A program made the position numbers and the translations under genes. Below, in pieces: positions 49,362 to 59,832 of a stretch of DNA of 64,000 bases. This stretch comes from Desulfobacterium sp. (GTDB lineage: Bacteria > Desulfobacterota > Desulfobacteria > Desulfobacterales > Desulfobacteraceae). The stretch covers positions 35,106-99,105 of the forward strand of contig JAEINR010000003.1 in the NCBI GenBank assembly GCA_016342325.1, written 5' to 3'. Below the pieces are notes generated by a model. The model was given only the letters and a program-made list of their open reading frames with translations, did not search any database and had not been told where the DNA came from. Every line of letters starts with the position of its first letter. The first letter of the stretch is position 1.

Positions 49362-50774
49362 ATGGAGACTAAACCTGACTGGGAAAAAACGGTAAGACGG
49401 TTGGAGCAGTTGTTGCGGCTCAAATCCTTTCCCGTTGCCTTTAAAATGGCTGAAAACCGGGAGATTCTCGAAACTACCCCCTTTCTTCGCAGGCCGGAAA
49501 AGCAGCAGACCCTCTGCCAGATGCTGAACCTTGTGCGTAATTTCGACTGGACCGTGGGAGCGGAATTGAAGGATTTCATGTTTCCCACCTGTCCTTCCAT
49601 ACTGGGGCTCCGGGACCTGCCCGAGACCCACCGGGACGGCACCTTCAGAAGCATTGTCTGGGTTGCCACCAAGGCGGATGGTCGACGGTTTGAAGCGTCG
49701 ATCCCACGGCTTGAAACCGGAAAGTACCAGGCGGTGCTCATGGCGCCCCTGGTCTACAATCCCTTTGAGCCGGACATCGTGCTGATCTACTGCAACCCGG
49801 CCCAGATCATGCTGCTTGTTAATTCTTTGCAGTTCACCGATTACCAGGTGATGGAGTTCTCCTGTGTCGGGGAAAGCTCCTGTTCCGATGCCATTGTCCG
49901 CTGTTATGATACCCAGAGACCCTGTGTGGGTATCCCCTGTTATGGAGAACGCCGCTACGGCCATGCCCAGGACGACGAAATGGTTATGGCGCTTCCCGCC
50001 AACTTGGTGACAAAGGCCCTTGCCGGGATGGAGGCCCTTTACCGCCGGGGAGTTCGCTACCCCATCAGCTTTGCCGGTGCCGAAGCCGATCCCCTGGATC
50101 AGTTTCCGGTCCAATACAAGCGTCTTGATACCATGATGGCAAAGTTGAAGGGAGATGACCGGCAACTGCTTCTTGGGGTGACCGGCGGCATTGGAACGGG
50201 CAAGACAACCGTGGCCAACCTGTTGCGGGAAAAGGGTGCGCCCATCATCGATTTTGATCTTCTGGCCCGGGAGGTGGTGGAACCGGGAACCAGAGGGTTT
50301 GACGATATTGTCGATTATTTTGGTTCCCAGGTGCTTGATACGGATGGGACCCTGGACCGGAAAAGACTCTCCAAGATCGTATTCGGTGATATGGAGAAGA
50401 GGAAAAAGCTTGAGAGTTTTACCCATCCTGCCATCTATGAGGCATTTTTCAGGGAAGTCGATCTTATTGCCCGGGAAGATCCCGGGGCCGTCATTCAGGT
50501 GGTGATCCCCCTGTTGGTGGAGTTGAACCTCCAGTATTTGTTTGACAGGCTTCTGGTGGTTTACGTGCCTGAAGAACTCCAGGTCCGTCGGTTGGCCCAA
50601 CGGGACGGCATCTCCATGGATGAGGCCGCGACGATTCTTAAATCCCAGATTCCCATCGATGAAAAGCGTCAATTTGCCGATTTTGTCGTGGATAACAGCG
50701 GAAGCCTGGACGAAACCCGCGAACAGGTGGATGAACTCTGGAGCACCATTGAGAAATATAAAATGGAGGAATAG
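49362..50774 (+). CDS. coaE: DUF169 domain fused to dephospho-CoA kinase
   Basis: N-terminal LRLKSFPVAFK..LCQ..PDIVLIYCNPAQ..SCSD..PCYGERRYG; C-terminal GVTGGIGTGKT, LDRK.L..IVF, THPAI, SQIPIDEK..ADFVVDNSG. Confidence 0.82.
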   Translation: METKPDWEKTVRRLEQLLRLKSFPVAFKMAENREILETTPFLRRPEKQQTLCQMLNLVRNFDWTVGAELKDFMFPTCPSILGLRDLPETHRDGTFRSIVWVATKADGRRFEASIPRLETGKYQAVLMAPLVYNPFEPDIVLIYCNPAQIMLLVNSLQFTDYQVMEFSCVGESSCSDAIVRCYDTQRPCVGIPCYGERRYGHAQDDEMVMALPANLVTKALAGMEALYRRGVRYPISFAGAEADPLDQFPVQYKRLDTMMAKLKGDDRQLLLGVTGGIGTGKTTVANLLREKGAPIIDFDLLAREVVEPGTRGFDDIVDYFGSQVLDTDGTLDRKRLSKIVFGDMEKRKKLESFTHPAIYEAFFREVDLIAREDPGAVIQVVIPLLVELNLQYLFDRLLVVYVPEELQVRRLAQRDGISMDEAATILKSQIPIDEKRQFADFVVDNSGSLDETREQVDELWSTIEKYKMEE

Positions 50775-50956
50775 TAAATCAATTGTTGACGAAAGGCGTG
50801 GAAATCTTGTATTCGAATTAGATGTCTTTTCGAGCTGAACTGCTGCGACCTAAGAAAACGACTTAAGAAACTATTGATAAATAGCGCCTGTCGAGGCGCT
50901 TTACGATGAACGATATCATATGAATGAATTCAAGAAGAAAAGGACAGGTTGTTATT

Positions 50957-52510
50957 ATGGGAGTAATAGCAGACAAGATCAAGGACCTTGGTGAGCGAGA
51001 AAAAAGGATCCTTGGCATGGGGGGCGAAAAAGCCCTTGAAAAGCGACGTGAAAAGGGAAAACTAAATGCCAGGGAGAGATTGGACCTCTTGTTTGACCAG
51101 GGGACCTTCCGGGAGGTGGACATGTTTGTCACCCACCGGTGCACCAATTTCGGCATGGAAGAAAAGGAGATCCATGCCGACGGCGTTGTAACCGGCCACG
51201 GCAAGATCGACGGCCGCATCGTATTTGCCTATGCCCAGGATTTTACCTCCCGGGCGGGAAGCATGGGCGAGATGCAGGCCAAGAAGATCTGCAAGGTCAT
51301 GGACATGGCCATGAAGGCTGGCGCCCCCATGGTGGGCATCAACGACTCCGGCGGCGCCCGGATCCAGGAGGGGGTGGATGCCCTGTCCGGATACGGCGAG
51401 ATCTTTTTCAGAAACGCATCCGCTTCCGGCGTGATTCCCCAGATTTCCGCCATCATGGGTCCCACGGCAGGCGGTGCGGTCTACTCACCGGCCATGACCG
51501 ACTGGATCTTCATGGTCAAGGACACCAGCTACATGTTCATCACAGGTCCCCAGGTGATCAAGTCCGTGACAGGGGAGGAGATCAGCCAGGAAGACCTGGG
51601 CGGCGCCATGACCCACAACGAAAAGAGCGGCGTAGCCCAGTTTGCCTGCGAGTCTGACCAGGACGCCCTGGAAAGAATCCGGCAACTGCTTTCCTACCTT
51701 CCTTCTAACAACATGGAAGAGCCGCCGTTCAAGGAAACCGGGGATGATCCCCACCGCATGGCCCCGGAGCTTGACACCCTTATTCCGGATAACCCGAACC
51801 AGAGCTACGATATCAAGGATGTGATCACCTCTGTTGTGGACAACGGAGAGTATTTTGAGCCCCACGAATACTTTGCCAAGAATATCGTGATCTGTTTTGC
51901 AAGACTCAACGGCCGGGTCATCGGCATCATCGCCAACCAGCCCAACTTCCTTGCAGGATGTCTTGATATCAATGCATCGGACAAGGCCACACGGTTCATC
52001 CGGTTTTGTGATTCTTTTAACATTCCCCTGCTCACCATTGCCGACGTACCTGGTTATCTTCCCGGAAGCGATCAGGAGTGGAGCGGCATCATCCGCCACG
52101 GGGCCAAGTTACTTTGGTGCTATTCCGAGGCCACGGTGCCGAAACTGTTGCTCATCACCCGTAAGGATTACGGCGGATCCTATATTGCCATGTGCTCAAG
52201 GCACCTTGGTGCGGACATGGCCTTTGCATGGCCAAGCGCCCAGATCGCGGTCATGGGAGCCGGAGGAGCGGCCAACATCATCCATGCAAGGGAGATCAAA
52301 GGGTCGGACGATCCTGTTGCCAAGCGGGCCGAAAAGATCGAGGAGTATGAAGATCTTTTCTCAAATCCCTATTGCGCAGCCAGCCGGGGATATGTGGATG
52401 CAGTGATCCGGCCGGCCGAAACACGGGCCCGCCTGGTGGATGCCCTGGAGGCCATGGGCACCAAGCGCGAGATGAGACCTGCAAAAAAACATGGAAACAT
52501 TCCGGTATAA
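50957..52510 (+). CDS. Acyl-CoA carboxyltransferase beta subunit (PccB/MmdA/transcarboxylase 12S-like)
   Basis: DSGGARIQEG, GPTAGGAVYSP, DVPGYLPG, RKDYGGSY, KKHGNIPV. Confidence 0.95.
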   Translation: MGVIADKIKDLGEREKRILGMGGEKALEKRREKGKLNARERLDLLFDQGTFREVDMFVTHRCTNFGMEEKEIHADGVVTGHGKIDGRIVFAYAQDFTSRAGSMGEMQAKKICKVMDMAMKAGAPMVGINDSGGARIQEGVDALSGYGEIFFRNASASGVIPQISAIMGPTAGGAVYSPAMTDWIFMVKDTSYMFITGPQVIKSVTGEEISQEDLGGAMTHNEKSGVAQFACESDQDALERIRQLLSYLPSNNMEEPPFKETGDDPHRMAPELDTLIPDNPNQSYDIKDVITSVVDNGEYFEPHEYFAKNIVICFARLNGRVIGIIANQPNFLAGCLDINASDKATRFIRFCDSFNIPLLTIADVPGYLPGSDQEWSGIIRHGAKLLWCYSEATVPKLLLITRKDYGGSYIAMCSRHLGADMAFAWPSAQIAVMGAGGAANIIHAREIKGSDDPVAKRAEKIEEYEDLFSNPYCAASRGYVDAVIRPAETRARLVDALEAMGTKREMRPAKKHGNIPV

Positions 52511-52519
52511 GGTGGGGAA

Positions 52520-52735
52520 ATGGATAGAAAAAAGATGGCTGCCGCAACAGCTGCGGTGGTGACCTATATCAAGACCCAGGAAGAGGCCGCAGCTTTTGCT
52601 CCGCCCCTGGAGGAGACGCCCATGGCATTGGCCCAGACTGGGCCGCCGGCCGGGGCTGTCAATACCTGGGGCATGGCCGGCAGGGGGGACCAGATGCAGG
52701 GTCGTACCCTGATGCAGATGGGTGTTTTTCGATAA
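52520..52735 (+). CDS. Small accessory subunit (epsilon/MmdD-like)
   Basis: 71 aa between the two carboxyltransferase genes; AATAAV..Y helix, Pro/Ala linker, WGMAGR motif. Confidence 0.6.
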   Translation: MDRKKMAAATAAVVTYIKTQEEAAAFAPPLEETPMALAQTGPPAGAVNTWGMAGRGDQMQGRTLMQMGVFR

Positions 52736-52813
52736 CATGCAGGCCTGGGGCTGCCGATGCAGCAACGTGATAATGAAAAGCCAATGGCTACAGCATATTG
52801 ATAGGAGAGTGTA

Positions 52814-54868
52814 ATGAGTGAACATGGCAGAATAAACATGTGTGAGATTAATTGTGAAAAAGAGAGGCCCAAGGCCAAAAAACCCCTGTTGATTGAAGAT
52901 CTCTCCCTCAGGGACGGTCATCAATCCCTGTTTGCCACAAGGGGAAGAACCGAGGACATGATCCCCGTGGCCGAGCGAATGGACGAGGTGGGGTTCTGGG
53001 CCATGGAAGTATGGGGCGGCGCCACCTTTGATACCATGCATCGCTTTCTCAACGAAGATCCCTGGGAGCGGATCAGAACCCTGAAACGCTACGTCAAGAA
53101 AACCCCCTTTTCCATGCTGCTCCGGGGCCAGAATCTCGTGGGGTATCGAAACTATGCCGACGATGTGGCCAAGGCGTTTGTCAACAGAGCTGCTGACAAC
53201 GGCATGGACGTGTTCCGTACCTTTGACGCCCTGAACGATTACCGGAATTTCGAAGCTGTGGCCCCGGTCATCAAAAGCTGCGGCAAACATTTCCAGGGAT
53301 GTATCTGCTACTCCCTGACCGAGCCAAGGATGGGCGGTACCGTCTACACCCTGGAGTACTATGTCAACAAGGCAAAGGAGCTTGTGGACATGGGGGCGGA
53401 CAGCATCTGTGTCAAAGACATGGCAGGCCTCATGGCGCCCTACGATGCCTATGCCCTTATCAAGGCCCTCAAGGAGAACGTGGACGTTCCCATCAATCTC
53501 CATTCCCACTTCACCTCGGGCATGGCGCCCATGACCCACCTCAAGGCCGTTGAGGCAGGCGTGGATATCCTGGATACCTGCCTGACCCCCTACGCCTACC
53601 GAACCTCCCATCCGGCCCTGGAGCCCATGGTGATGTCTTTGATCGGTACGGACCGGGATACGGGTTTTGATATTGAGACCCTGGCCTCCATCAACGAGAC
53701 CCTGGAGAAGGAGATCCTTCCCAAGTACCGCCATCTGCTGGATGACACCAAGGTGTCGGTGATCGACATCAATGTGCTGCTCCACCAGACCCCGGGGGGA
53801 ATGCTCTCCAACCTGGTGAACCAGCTCAGGGACATGGACGCCCTTGACCGGATCGGTGAGGTGTATAAGGAGCTTCCCAGGGTGAGAAAGGAGCTGGGGC
53901 AGATTCCCCTGGTTACCCCCACAAGCCAGATCGTGGGAACCCAGACCGTCAACAACGTGCTGTTTGACACCCCGGATGAGCGTTATAAGATGATCACGGC
54001 CCAGGTCAAGGATCTGTGCTACGGTCTTTATGGAAAGACGGCCGTACCCATTGATGCGGAAGTTCAGAAAAAGGCGCTCAAGGGATATGACCGGGGCGAA
54101 GAGCCCATCTCCTGCAGGCCTGCCGAGGTGCTCAAACCCGAGCTTGAGGCGGCCAAAGCTGAGATCAAGGGGCTGGCCGTGGATGAGGATGATCTCATCC
54201 TCTACACCCTGTTTCCTGTCACCGGCAAGAAGTTTCTCCAGCGAAAATATGGAAAAGAGGCGGTTCCCGAGAGCATGAAGTCCATTACCCTGGATGATGT
54301 GGAACGCCAGGCGGATATCATTAAAAAAGCAAAGGCCGGAGAGCTTGTCGAAAGCAAGCTGAACGGCGAGTCCCCGGAAAAAACAGAGTGCTTAAGAACC
54401 TTTAATGTCTTTGTGGATGACGAGTGCTTTGAGGTTGGGGTTGACGAAGTGGGTGGTGCGCCGGTGATCGCCTATGCCCAGCCCGCCCAGGCCGCGCCCC
54501 CGGCGGCACCCGGTCAGCCCGTGCCCCTCCAGGGAGGCACGGTTCCACCGCCGCCCCCGGCTCCTGCCGCTTCAGCGCCTGCGCCCAAGGCAGCTCCGGC
54601 GACCGCTGCAAAGCCCGCAGCACCGGCAGCAAAGCCAGCAGCAGCAGCCGCTACGGGTGCCCCGGTAACGGCGCCCATGCCCGGCATGATCATCAAATAT
54701 GAGAAGAATGTGGGTGATGCCGTGAAAAAGGGTGACACCGTTGTGGTGCTCGAGGCCATGAAAATGGAAAACGCCCTGCCGGCTCCGGCTGACGGGGAGA
54801 TAACGGCTCTTAATTTCGGTTCAGGGGATTCCGTGTCCAAGGGGGATGTCCTTGCTGTAATAGGGTAG
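52814..54868 (+). CDS. Pyruvate/oxaloacetate carboxyltransferase fused to biotin carrier (OadA/PycB/5S+1.3S-like)
   Basis: LRDGHQSL, WGGATFD, EDPWER, KDMAG, HSHFT, PGGMLSNL, VTPTSQIVG; Ala/Pro linker; EAMKME biotinylation site. Confidence 0.95.
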   Translation: MSEHGRINMCEINCEKERPKAKKPLLIEDLSLRDGHQSLFATRGRTEDMIPVAERMDEVGFWAMEVWGGATFDTMHRFLNEDPWERIRTLKRYVKKTPFSMLLRGQNLVGYRNYADDVAKAFVNRAADNGMDVFRTFDALNDYRNFEAVAPVIKSCGKHFQGCICYSLTEPRMGGTVYTLEYYVNKAKELVDMGADSICVKDMAGLMAPYDAYALIKALKENVDVPINLHSHFTSGMAPMTHLKAVEAGVDILDTCLTPYAYRTSHPALEPMVMSLIGTDRDTGFDIETLASINETLEKEILPKYRHLLDDTKVSVIDINVLLHQTPGGMLSNLVNQLRDMDALDRIGEVYKELPRVRKELGQIPLVTPTSQIVGTQTVNNVLFDTPDERYKMITAQVKDLCYGLYGKTAVPIDAEVQKKALKGYDRGEEPISCRPAEVLKPELEAAKAEIKGLAVDEDDLILYTLFPVTGKKFLQRKYGKEAVPESMKSITLDDVERQADIIKKAKAGELVESKLNGESPEKTECLRTFNVFVDDECFEVGVDEVGGAPVIAYAQPAQAAPPAAPGQPVPLQGGTVPPPPPAPAASAPAPKAAPATAAKPAAPAAKPAAAAATGAPVTAPMPGMIIKYEKNVGDAVKKGDTVVVLEAMKMENALPAPADGEITALNFGSGDSVSKGDVLAVIG

Positions 54869-54872
54869 ATCT

Positions 54873-54952
54873 TAAAGTGTCGGTCAAATGACGTGATACC
54901 AGTCTACCATTATTAATAAGTAGCGGTATCAATTGGTCTGATCAGAGCTATA
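54873..54952 (+). mobile_element. MITE-like repeat family B, copy 3 (80 bp)
   Basis: TAAAGTGTCGGTCAAATGACGTGATACC...GGTATCAATTGGTCTGATCAGAGCTATA. Confidence 0.72.
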
Positions 54953-54964
54953 AGTTGAATATGG

Positions 54965-55001
54965 AGCGGGCCCGGCATCTTGCCGGGCCCGCTTTTTTTT
55001 T
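54965..55001 (+). terminator. Intrinsic terminator after the carboxyltransferase operon
   Basis: AGCGGGCCCGGCA-TCT-TGCCGGGCCCGCT followed by a T run. Confidence 0.85.
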
Positions 55002-55471
55002 GGGGGGGTGCCACTTGCCGGCACTTGGTCTTTGTCACGCACGCTAACGCCTTCCTCCCTCCGCTATAAAAGATGAATCACCCTCCCCAAGAGATCCCGG
55101 TGGGGATCAATGGTGATCAATTGTTCCAGGCCCATGGATCCTATCGGGTCAACCTGGAACATGATACTTCCATAAAGTCGTCCGCTTCCGGATAAATTTA
55201 CTTCCGAATAATTCAAAAATTCGTTCCAAACATCGTTCATTGCGACATGTCTGTATGGGGTTTAAATAGCCTTTAATATTAACGGGTTGTGGTTGGGTTG
55301 TGGTTGGGTTGTTCGGCTTTGGTTCCAGGCACCTTAAGGTTTGGAAACATTGGGCTTGATCTTGTTTGGCATTGAATTCAACCTCAATCCATGAAGATTG
55401 TCACACTTTCGAACGGATTGATTTTAGATTTTTTGCTGGGCCAAGAAGATTCTCAACGCTTGTTTTTACCG

Positions 55472-55494
55472 CCGAATATATTGGATATATTCGG
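55472..55494. promoter_or_regulatory. Palindromic candidate operator upstream of satP
   Basis: CCGAATATA-TTGGA-TATATTCGG, with TATAAT at 55501. Confidence 0.45.
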
Positions 55495-55521
55495 TTTAGT
55501 TATAATTCAAACTTAGGGGGA

Positions 55522-56091
55522 ATGATGTCTGAGCAGCAAACATTAGGTAATCCGGCAGTCGTAGGGTTAGCAGGATTTGGTCTAACCACAATGATTCTTC
55601 AAATTCACAATCTTGGGTTTTGCGGCATCGGACCGGTTCTCGCCCTCGCGTTCGTGTTCGGCGGTGCTGCGCAATTGATCGCAGGTTACCAGGAGTTTAA
55701 AGTCGGTAATAATTTCGGATACAGCGCCTTTTGCTCCTATGGGGCCTTTTGGATCTCATTGGGTATTATCTGGCTCCTTAATCATTTTAACATTTATAAG
55801 CTCAGCGGTACCGACGTGGGGTGGTTCCTTGTGGTCTGGACCCTTTATACTGCCATCATGTGGATTCCTGCCATGAAAATTCACGGTATGATGGGACTGA
55901 CCTTTACCCTTCTGCTCATCGGTTTTATCCTCCTGGACCTGGCACATTTCGGATTCCCATGGCTGACCAAGATCGCGGGTGTGGAATTGATATTATGCGC
56001 TTTATGTGCCTGGTACATGATGGCCCATGTGATCTATGCCCAGGTCTTTGGCCGGGATGTTCTCCCTGTGGGCAAACCCTGGATTAAGTAG
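55522..56091 (+). CDS. satP: SatP/YaaH (GPR1/FUN34) acetate/succinate transporter
   Basis: LGNPAVVGLAGFGLTT, GGAAQLIAG..EF, FCSYGAFW; 6 TM. Confidence 0.9.
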   Translation: MMSEQQTLGNPAVVGLAGFGLTTMILQIHNLGFCGIGPVLALAFVFGGAAQLIAGYQEFKVGNNFGYSAFCSYGAFWISLGIIWLLNHFNIYKLSGTDVGWFLVVWTLYTAIMWIPAMKIHGMMGLTFTLLLIGFILLDLAHFGFPWLTKIAGVELILCALCAWYMMAHVIYAQVFGRDVLPVGKPWIK

Positions 56092-56099
56092 AGAAAAAC

Positions 56100-56133
56100 T
56101 GCCTGGGTGGCAGCGATGGCTGCCACCCAGGCA
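56100..56133. terminator. Perfect 15-bp-stem hairpin between satP and mce
   Basis: TGCCTGGGTGGCAGC-GATG-GCTGCCACCCAGGCA; no U-tract, may be a stability or processing element. Confidence 0.45.
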
Positions 56134-56186
56134 TCATAAATACGGTCATTAATAACCATTTTACGCACAATGTAACAGGAGGATAT

Positions 56187-56591
56187 ATGAATATCTTAAA
56201 AATTGATCACCTGGGAATTGCGGTAAAGAGCATTGAGAACGGTAAAAATTTCTGGTCAGACGTTTTGGGTATGGAATTCGCGGGAACAGAAACCGTGGCG
56301 GCCCAGAAGGTGACGACTGCGTTTCTGCCCGTTGGAGAAAGTGAGGTCGAACTCCTCGAATCCACCGCCGACGATGGCCCTGTTGCAAAGTATATTGCGA
56401 AAAAAGGGGAAGGCATCCAGCATGTCGCATTCAGGGTGGAAAACATCGAAGATGCCCTTGAAGAACTCAAGGCCAAGGGCATCCGGCTCATTGATGAGAC
56501 GCCGCGACAGGGAGCTGGGGGGGCAAGGATCGCATTCCTCCATCCCAAGGCGACATCCGGCGTCCTGGTGGAGCTTTGCCAGAGGGATTAG
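56187..56591 (+). CDS. mce: Methylmalonyl-CoA epimerase
   Basis: IDHLGIAV, VELLES, GEGIQHVAF, AFLHPK.T.GVLVEL. Confidence 0.93.
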   Translation: MNILKIDHLGIAVKSIENGKNFWSDVLGMEFAGTETVAAQKVTTAFLPVGESEVELLESTADDGPVAKYIAKKGEGIQHVAFRVENIEDALEELKAKGIRLIDETPRQGAGGARIAFLHPKATSGVLVELCQRD

Positions 56592-56693
56592 CCAAAAATA
56601 ACCTGTTTGATTTGTAACCCTTGTTGTCATACGAATTTTACCATTAATCGTGGGGATGACGAATTCCCATCCCGAATGAATAAGGAAATTTCA

Positions 56694-58817
56694 ATGTCAC
56701 AAAATCCCGATCTAAACACCTGGAAAGAGCTTGCAACAAAAGAACTCAGGGGAAAACCCCTGGAGTCCCTGGAGATCCCCACTCCCGAAGGGATCAAGAT
56801 CAACCCCCTTTACACTGCCAAAGATCTGGAACGGGTCGAATTCATGGACAACCTGCCCGGGTTTGAACCCTTTGTCCGGGGTCCAAAGGCCACCATGTAT
56901 GCCGGAAGGCCCTGGACCATCCGCCAGTATGCCGGATTCTCAACGGCCAAGGAGTCCAACGCCTTTTATCGCAAAAACCTTGCCGCAGGCCAGAAGGGGC
57001 TCTCCGTGGCATTTGACCTTGCCACCCACAGGGGATACGATTCGGATCATCCCAGGGTTTCCGGCGATGTAGGAAAGGCCGGGGTGGCCGTGGATTCCGT
57101 GGAGGACATGAAGATCCTCTTTGACCAGATTCCCCTGGACAAGATGTCGGTGTCCATGACCATGAACGGGGCCGTGCTGCCCATCCTTGCCGGTTATATC
57201 GTGGCCGCGGAAGAGCAGGGCGTCAAACCCGAACAGCTTACGGGAACCATCCAGAACGATATCCTCAAGGAGTACCTGACACGGAACACCTACATCTATC
57301 CGCCGACCCCCTCCATGCGGATCATTTCAGATATCATCGCGTATTGTTCCGAGAAAATGCCAAAGTACAACACGGTGAGCATCAGCGGCTACCACATGAT
57401 GGAAGCGGGTGCGGACAGTGTGCTCCAGACGGCATTTACCCTGGCCGACGGCCTTGAGTATGCCAAGGCCGCCATGGGCGCAGGGCTTGACATTGATGCC
57501 TTTGCCCCCAGACTTTCCTTCTTTTTTGGCATCGGCATGAACTTTTTCATGGATATCGCCATGCTCAGGGCGGCCCGGTTTCTTTGGGCTGAACTCATGG
57601 GGCAATTTAATCCCAAGAATCCCAAATCCAAGATGCTCCGAACCCATTGCCAGACCTCGGGCTGGAGCCTGACCCAGCAGGATCCCTACAACAACATCAT
57701 CCGCACCACGCTGGAGTGCATGTCCGCCGTCCTTGGCGGCACCCAGAGCCTCCACACAAATAGCTTTGACGAGGCCGTGGGCCTGCCCACCGAGACCTCG
57801 GCCAGGATCGCCAGGAACACCCAGATCATCGTCCAGGAGGAGTCCAAGGTGACAAGCGTGGTGGATCCCCTTGGCGGCTCCTACTATGTGGAATCCCTGA
57901 CCCAGAACATCATTGACGAGGTTCGAAAGATATTAAAGGAGGTCGAAGATCTGGGTGGCATGGCCAAGGCCATTGAGACCGGCATGCCCAAGATGCGCAT
58001 CGAAGAGGTGGCAGCGAGGCGCCAGGCCCGGATCGACCAAGGCAAGGACGTGATTGTTGGCGTGAACAAATATACCCTGGACGAGGAGATTCCCCTGGAT
58101 GTGCTTGAGATCTCCGATGATGTTCGGGTGGAACAGATCCAACGGCTCACGACCATCAAGGCGACCCGGGATGACGACAGGGTGAACACGGCTCTTGCGG
58201 CTCTTACCAAGGCCGCAGAGGGTGACGCCAACCTTCTGGCTGCAGCCATTGAGGCGGTCAGGGCCCGGGCCACCGTGGGCGAGGTTTCCGATGCCATGGA
58301 AAAGGTGTTTGGCCGGTTTGTGGCCACCACCCAGTGCATCTCCGGGGTCTACGCCTCCGAGTGCGGCGATTCCGAGGTCTTGGCATCCATTCGAAAAAGG
58401 ACCGAAGACTTCGAGAAAACGTCGGGCCGTCGCCCCAGGATCCTCCTGACCAAGATGGGCCAGGACGGCCATGACCGGGGGGTCAAGGTGATTGCCACGG
58501 CCTATGCGGATTTTGGCTTTGACGTGGATATAATCCCCATGTTCCAGACCCCGGAAGAGGCGGCCCGCATGGCGGTTGAGAACGATGTCCATGTGGTGGG
58601 CGTGTCAAGCCTTGCCGCAGGTCATAAGATCCTGGTTCCCGCCCTGATCGCGGCGCTGAAACAGGAAGGCGCCGGGGATATCCGGGTGGTTGTGGGGGGC
58701 ATCATTCCGCCCTGTGATTACGATTTTCTCACCGGGGCCGGTGCCGTTGAGATCTTCGGGCCCGGCACCGTTGTAACCGATTCGGCCAACCGGACCCTGA
58801 ATGCCATTGGCGCGTGA
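56694..58817 (+). CDS. scpA: B12-dependent methylmalonyl-CoA mutase
   Basis: [53 protein letters not shown]. Confidence 0.96.
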   Translation: MSQNPDLNTWKELATKELRGKPLESLEIPTPEGIKINPLYTAKDLERVEFMDNLPGFEPFVRGPKATMYAGRPWTIRQYAGFSTAKESNAFYRKNLAAGQKGLSVAFDLATHRGYDSDHPRVSGDVGKAGVAVDSVEDMKILFDQIPLDKMSVSMTMNGAVLPILAGYIVAAEEQGVKPEQLTGTIQNDILKEYLTRNTYIYPPTPSMRIISDIIAYCSEKMPKYNTVSISGYHMMEAGADSVLQTAFTLADGLEYAKAAMGAGLDIDAFAPRLSFFFGIGMNFFMDIAMLRAARFLWAELMGQFNPKNPKSKMLRTHCQTSGWSLTQQDPYNNIIRTTLECMSAVLGGTQSLHTNSFDEAVGLPTETSARIARNTQIIVQEESKVTSVVDPLGGSYYVESLTQNIIDEVRKILKEVEDLGGMAKAIETGMPKMRIEEVAARRQARIDQGKDVIVGVNKYTLDEEIPLDVLEISDDVRVEQIQRLTTIKATRDDDRVNTALAALTKAAEGDANLLAAAIEAVRARATVGEVSDAMEKVFGRFVATTQCISGVYASECGDSEVLASIRKRTEDFEKTSGRRPRILLTKMGQDGHDRGVKVIATAYADFGFDVDIIPMFQTPEEAARMAVENDVHVVGVSSLAAGHKILVPALIAALKQEGAGDIRVVVGGIIPPCDYDFLTGAGAVEIFGPGTVVTDSANRTLNAIGA

Positions 58818-59809
58818 GTGCGCCCATGACTTACACAAATGGGTTTGATCTGAAACAATATGTAGACGGGGTGCTCAAAGGTCAGCGGCGAAGCATTGCC
58901 AAGGCCATCACCCTGGTGGAGAGCTCGCTTCCGGAGCACCGGAAGCTTGCCGCAAAGATGATGGAGGGGCTGCTTCCATACACGGGGAAATCCGTGCGCC
59001 TGGGCATCACCGGGGTGCCCGGGGTGGGAAAATCCACCTTTGTGGAAAATTTAGGTCTTTTGCTTGTGGAGGATGGGTTCAAGGTTGCCGTGCTTGCGGT
59101 GGATCCCTCCAGCAGTAGGAGCGGCGGCAGTATCCTGGGTGACAAGACCCGGATGGAAAGGCTTGCTGCCCATCCTTCCACCTTTATCCGCCCCTCTCCC
59201 TCGGGGGAGACCCTGGGGGGGGTGGCGGCAAAGACCCGGGAGACCCTTCTTGTGTGCGAGGCCGCAGGCTATGACGTGGTCCTTGTGGAGACCGTGGGGG
59301 TGGGCCAGTCTGAAATCAGCGTGGCCACCATGGTGGATTTTTTCCTTGCCCTCATGATTACCGGCGCCGGGGACGAACTCCAGGGCATTAAAAAAGGAGT
59401 GCTCGAGGTGGCCGATGCCATTGCCATCAACAAGTGTGACGGCGATAATATCGACCGGGCGGAAAAGGCGAGGCTGGAATATGAGATCGCCATGCACATC
59501 GTCACCCCTGAATCTTCTTCCTGGCGGCCCCCGGTTTGCACCTGTAGTTCAATCATTGAAAACGGCACCCGGAATGTATGGGATACGGTTCTTGAGCATA
59601 AAAAAATCATGACCGGGACAGGGGAGTTTGCCCAGCGAAGAAATCGCCAATCCCTCTCCTGGATGTGGGCCCTGGTGGAGGAGGGGCTTAAGGCGAAGTT
59701 CAGGCAGAATCGTCGCATTTCAAAGAGAATCCCGGAAATTTCCGGGTCGGTGGAACAGGAGTTGATATCACCCACGGCTGCGGCTGATGAGTTGTTGTCG
59801 TATCTATAA
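58814..59809 (+). CDS. meaB: MeaB/ArgK mutase-associated GTPase
   Basis: [47 protein letters not shown]. Confidence 0.95.
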   Translation: MSAPMTYTNGFDLKQYVDGVLKGQRRSIAKAITLVESSLPEHRKLAAKMMEGLLPYTGKSVRLGITGVPGVGKSTFVENLGLLLVEDGFKVAVLAVDPSSSRSGGSILGDKTRMERLAAHPSTFIRPSPSGETLGGVAAKTRETLLVCEAAGYDVVLVETVGVGQSEISVATMVDFFLALMITGAGDELQGIKKGVLEVADAIAINKCDGDNIDRAEKARLEYEIAMHIVTPESSSWRPPVCTCSSIIENGTRNVWDTVLEHKKIMTGTGEFAQRRNRQSLSWMWALVEEGLKAKFRQNRRISKRIPEISGSVEQELISPTAAADELLSYL

Positions 59810-59832
59810 ACCTATGAAAATGAGGATTGATT

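Noticed and set aside
55064-55240. 58-aa minus-strand ORF (MNDVWNEF...)
   Set aside because: No RBS, no motif, and no supporting context.
56592-56693. Cobalamin riboswitch before the mutase
   Set aside because: Region is short and lacks B12-box motifs.
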